Assembly (NCBI GenBank): GCA_044356215.1
Contig: JBIKWQ010000015.1
Location: forward strand, 1 to 50,251
Source: Bdellovibrionota bacterium
Lineage (GTDB): Bacteria; Bdellovibrionota_C; UBA2361; OMII01
Direction of reading: 5' to 3'
DNA: 50,251 nucleotides
Under the pieces are notes generated by a model. That model ran no database searches. It was not told the origin of the DNA and saw only the letters and a list, made by a program, of their open reading frames with translations. Position 1 is the first letter of the stretch. Each line of letters starts with the position of its first letter. The translations under genes were made by a program, and so were the position numbers. Shown in pieces: positions 48,871 to 50,251 of the stretch.

Positions 48871-50251
48871 CGCGGAGGGACATTAAGCGAGGAGATCTTC
48901 GACGCGCATATAAATTGCTGGACCGGAGAGACAGCGGAGTTATTAAGTGGAGCTCCGAGGAACTCCGTTGCGCGAGATCCCCCGAATACCTTAAAAATTT
49001 TCTCGTTGACTTTGTTCTTTGCCCTGGTGAGCGGCACGTTCGCTACAGATATTTACGCGCAGGACTTTGGCGGTTTGTCAGCTACGGATACGCCGACTAA
49101 TACACCTAGCGCGACGCCGAGTGATACGCCAACTAATACTCCGACAAATACCGCGACGGTAACGCCTACGAGAACGGCTACAGATACAGCGACGAATACT
49201 CCGAGCGCGACTCCTAGTGATACACCTACTAATACACCGAGCGCGACTCCTAGTGATACGCCTACTAATACTCCGACAAATACGCCGAGCAGTACTGCGA
49301 CGGTAACACCAACGAGCACACCAACCGATACAGCGACGAATACGCCGAGCGCGACCCCAAGTGATACGCCAACTAATACACCGACAAATACGCCGAGCAA
49401 TACTGCAACGGTAACACCAACGAACACGCCAACCGATACAGCAACGAATACACCGAGCGCAACTCCTAGTGATACGCCTACGGATACTCCGACGAACACG
49501 CCAACAGATACGGCGACTATAACGCCAACGAGAACTCCTACAAATACTCCAACAAGCTCACCGAGCGCGACTCCTAGTGATACGCCAACTAATACTCCGA
49601 CAATGACACCAACAGATACCGCGACGGTAACGCCTACGAGAACGGCCACAGATACAGCGACGAATACTCCGAGCGCGACTCCTAGTGATACGCCAACTAA
49701 TACTCCGACAATGACACCAACAGATACAGCGACGGTAACGCCTACGAGAACGGCTACAGATACAGCAACGAATACACCGAGCGCGACTCCTAGTGATACA
49801 CCTACTAATACTTCGACAAGTACACCAACAAATACTGCGACGGTAACACCAACGAGCACGCCAACCGATACAGCAACGAATACACCGAGCGTGACTCCTA
49901 GTGATACGCCTACTAATACTTCGACAAGTACACCAACAAATACTGCGACGCTAACACCAACGAGCACGCCAACCGATACAGCAACGAATACACCGAGCGT
50001 GACTCCTAGTGATACACCTACTAATACACCGACAAATACGCCGAGCAGTACTGCGACGGTAACTCCAACGAGCACGCCAACCGATACAGCAACGAATACA
50101 CCGAGCGCCACTCCTAGTGATACGCCAACTAATACACCGACAAATACGCCGAGCAGTACTGCGACGGTAACGCCAACAAGAACGGCTACAGATACAGCGA
50201 CGAATACACCGAGCGTAACTCCTAGTGATACGCCTACTAATACACCGACAA
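48871..50251 (+). CDS. Secreted Thr/Pro-rich repeat protein, open at the 3' window edge (start uncertain)
   Basis: Frame open from 48871 to window end: [48 protein letters not shown]...; absent from the ORF track because it has no stop in the window. Confidence 0.8.
49084..50251 (+). repeat. Coding tandem repeat (12-bp T-P-x-x subunits in ~108-bp higher-order units)
   Basis: Unit approximately [47 protein letters not shown] recurs at 108-bp spacing. Confidence 0.92.

Noticed and set aside
49053..50111. 352-aa Val/Gly-rich minus-strand ORF
   Set aside because: Antisense shadow of the Thr/Pro repeat; the + strand has a signal-like peptide and a typical TPxx linker.

Overview
Bacterial chromosomal window with no rRNA, tRNA, CRISPR array or transposase that I could recognise. 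Housekeeping genes: topA-pilD-sigma54 regulator, a TldD-family gene, trpS, recJ, atpFHAGDC, cysD-cysNC and an SF2 helicase. The atp operon lacks atpBE, which resembles Deltaproteobacteria/Bdellovibrionota (inference). Accessory genes: three toxin-antitoxin-like pairs (HipBA, MntA-HepT, an uncharacterised nucleotidyltransferase plus small protein), a split eukaryote-like ABCC/MRP transporter, several large orphan proteins and a Thr/Pro-repeat secreted protein running off the right edge. The most striking non-coding signal is a ~163-bp non-autonomous mobile element (six copies or fragments) with terminal inverted repeats, a perfect 29-bp internal hairpin and 9-14 bp target-site duplications (TSDs). 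One 9-bp TSD is split between the copies at 1-96 and 38094-38256, which implies the intervening ~38 kb was inverted (or mis-assembled) through these repeats. Other signals: a +1 frameshift after the MCRM start of a class II amidotransferase, a rod-like candidate ncRNA at 30189-30399, a leader-peptide attenuator upstream of an ABC exporter, HipB operators with hipA next to trpS, a shared TTAG-N6-CTAA box, and several apparently leaderless genes.
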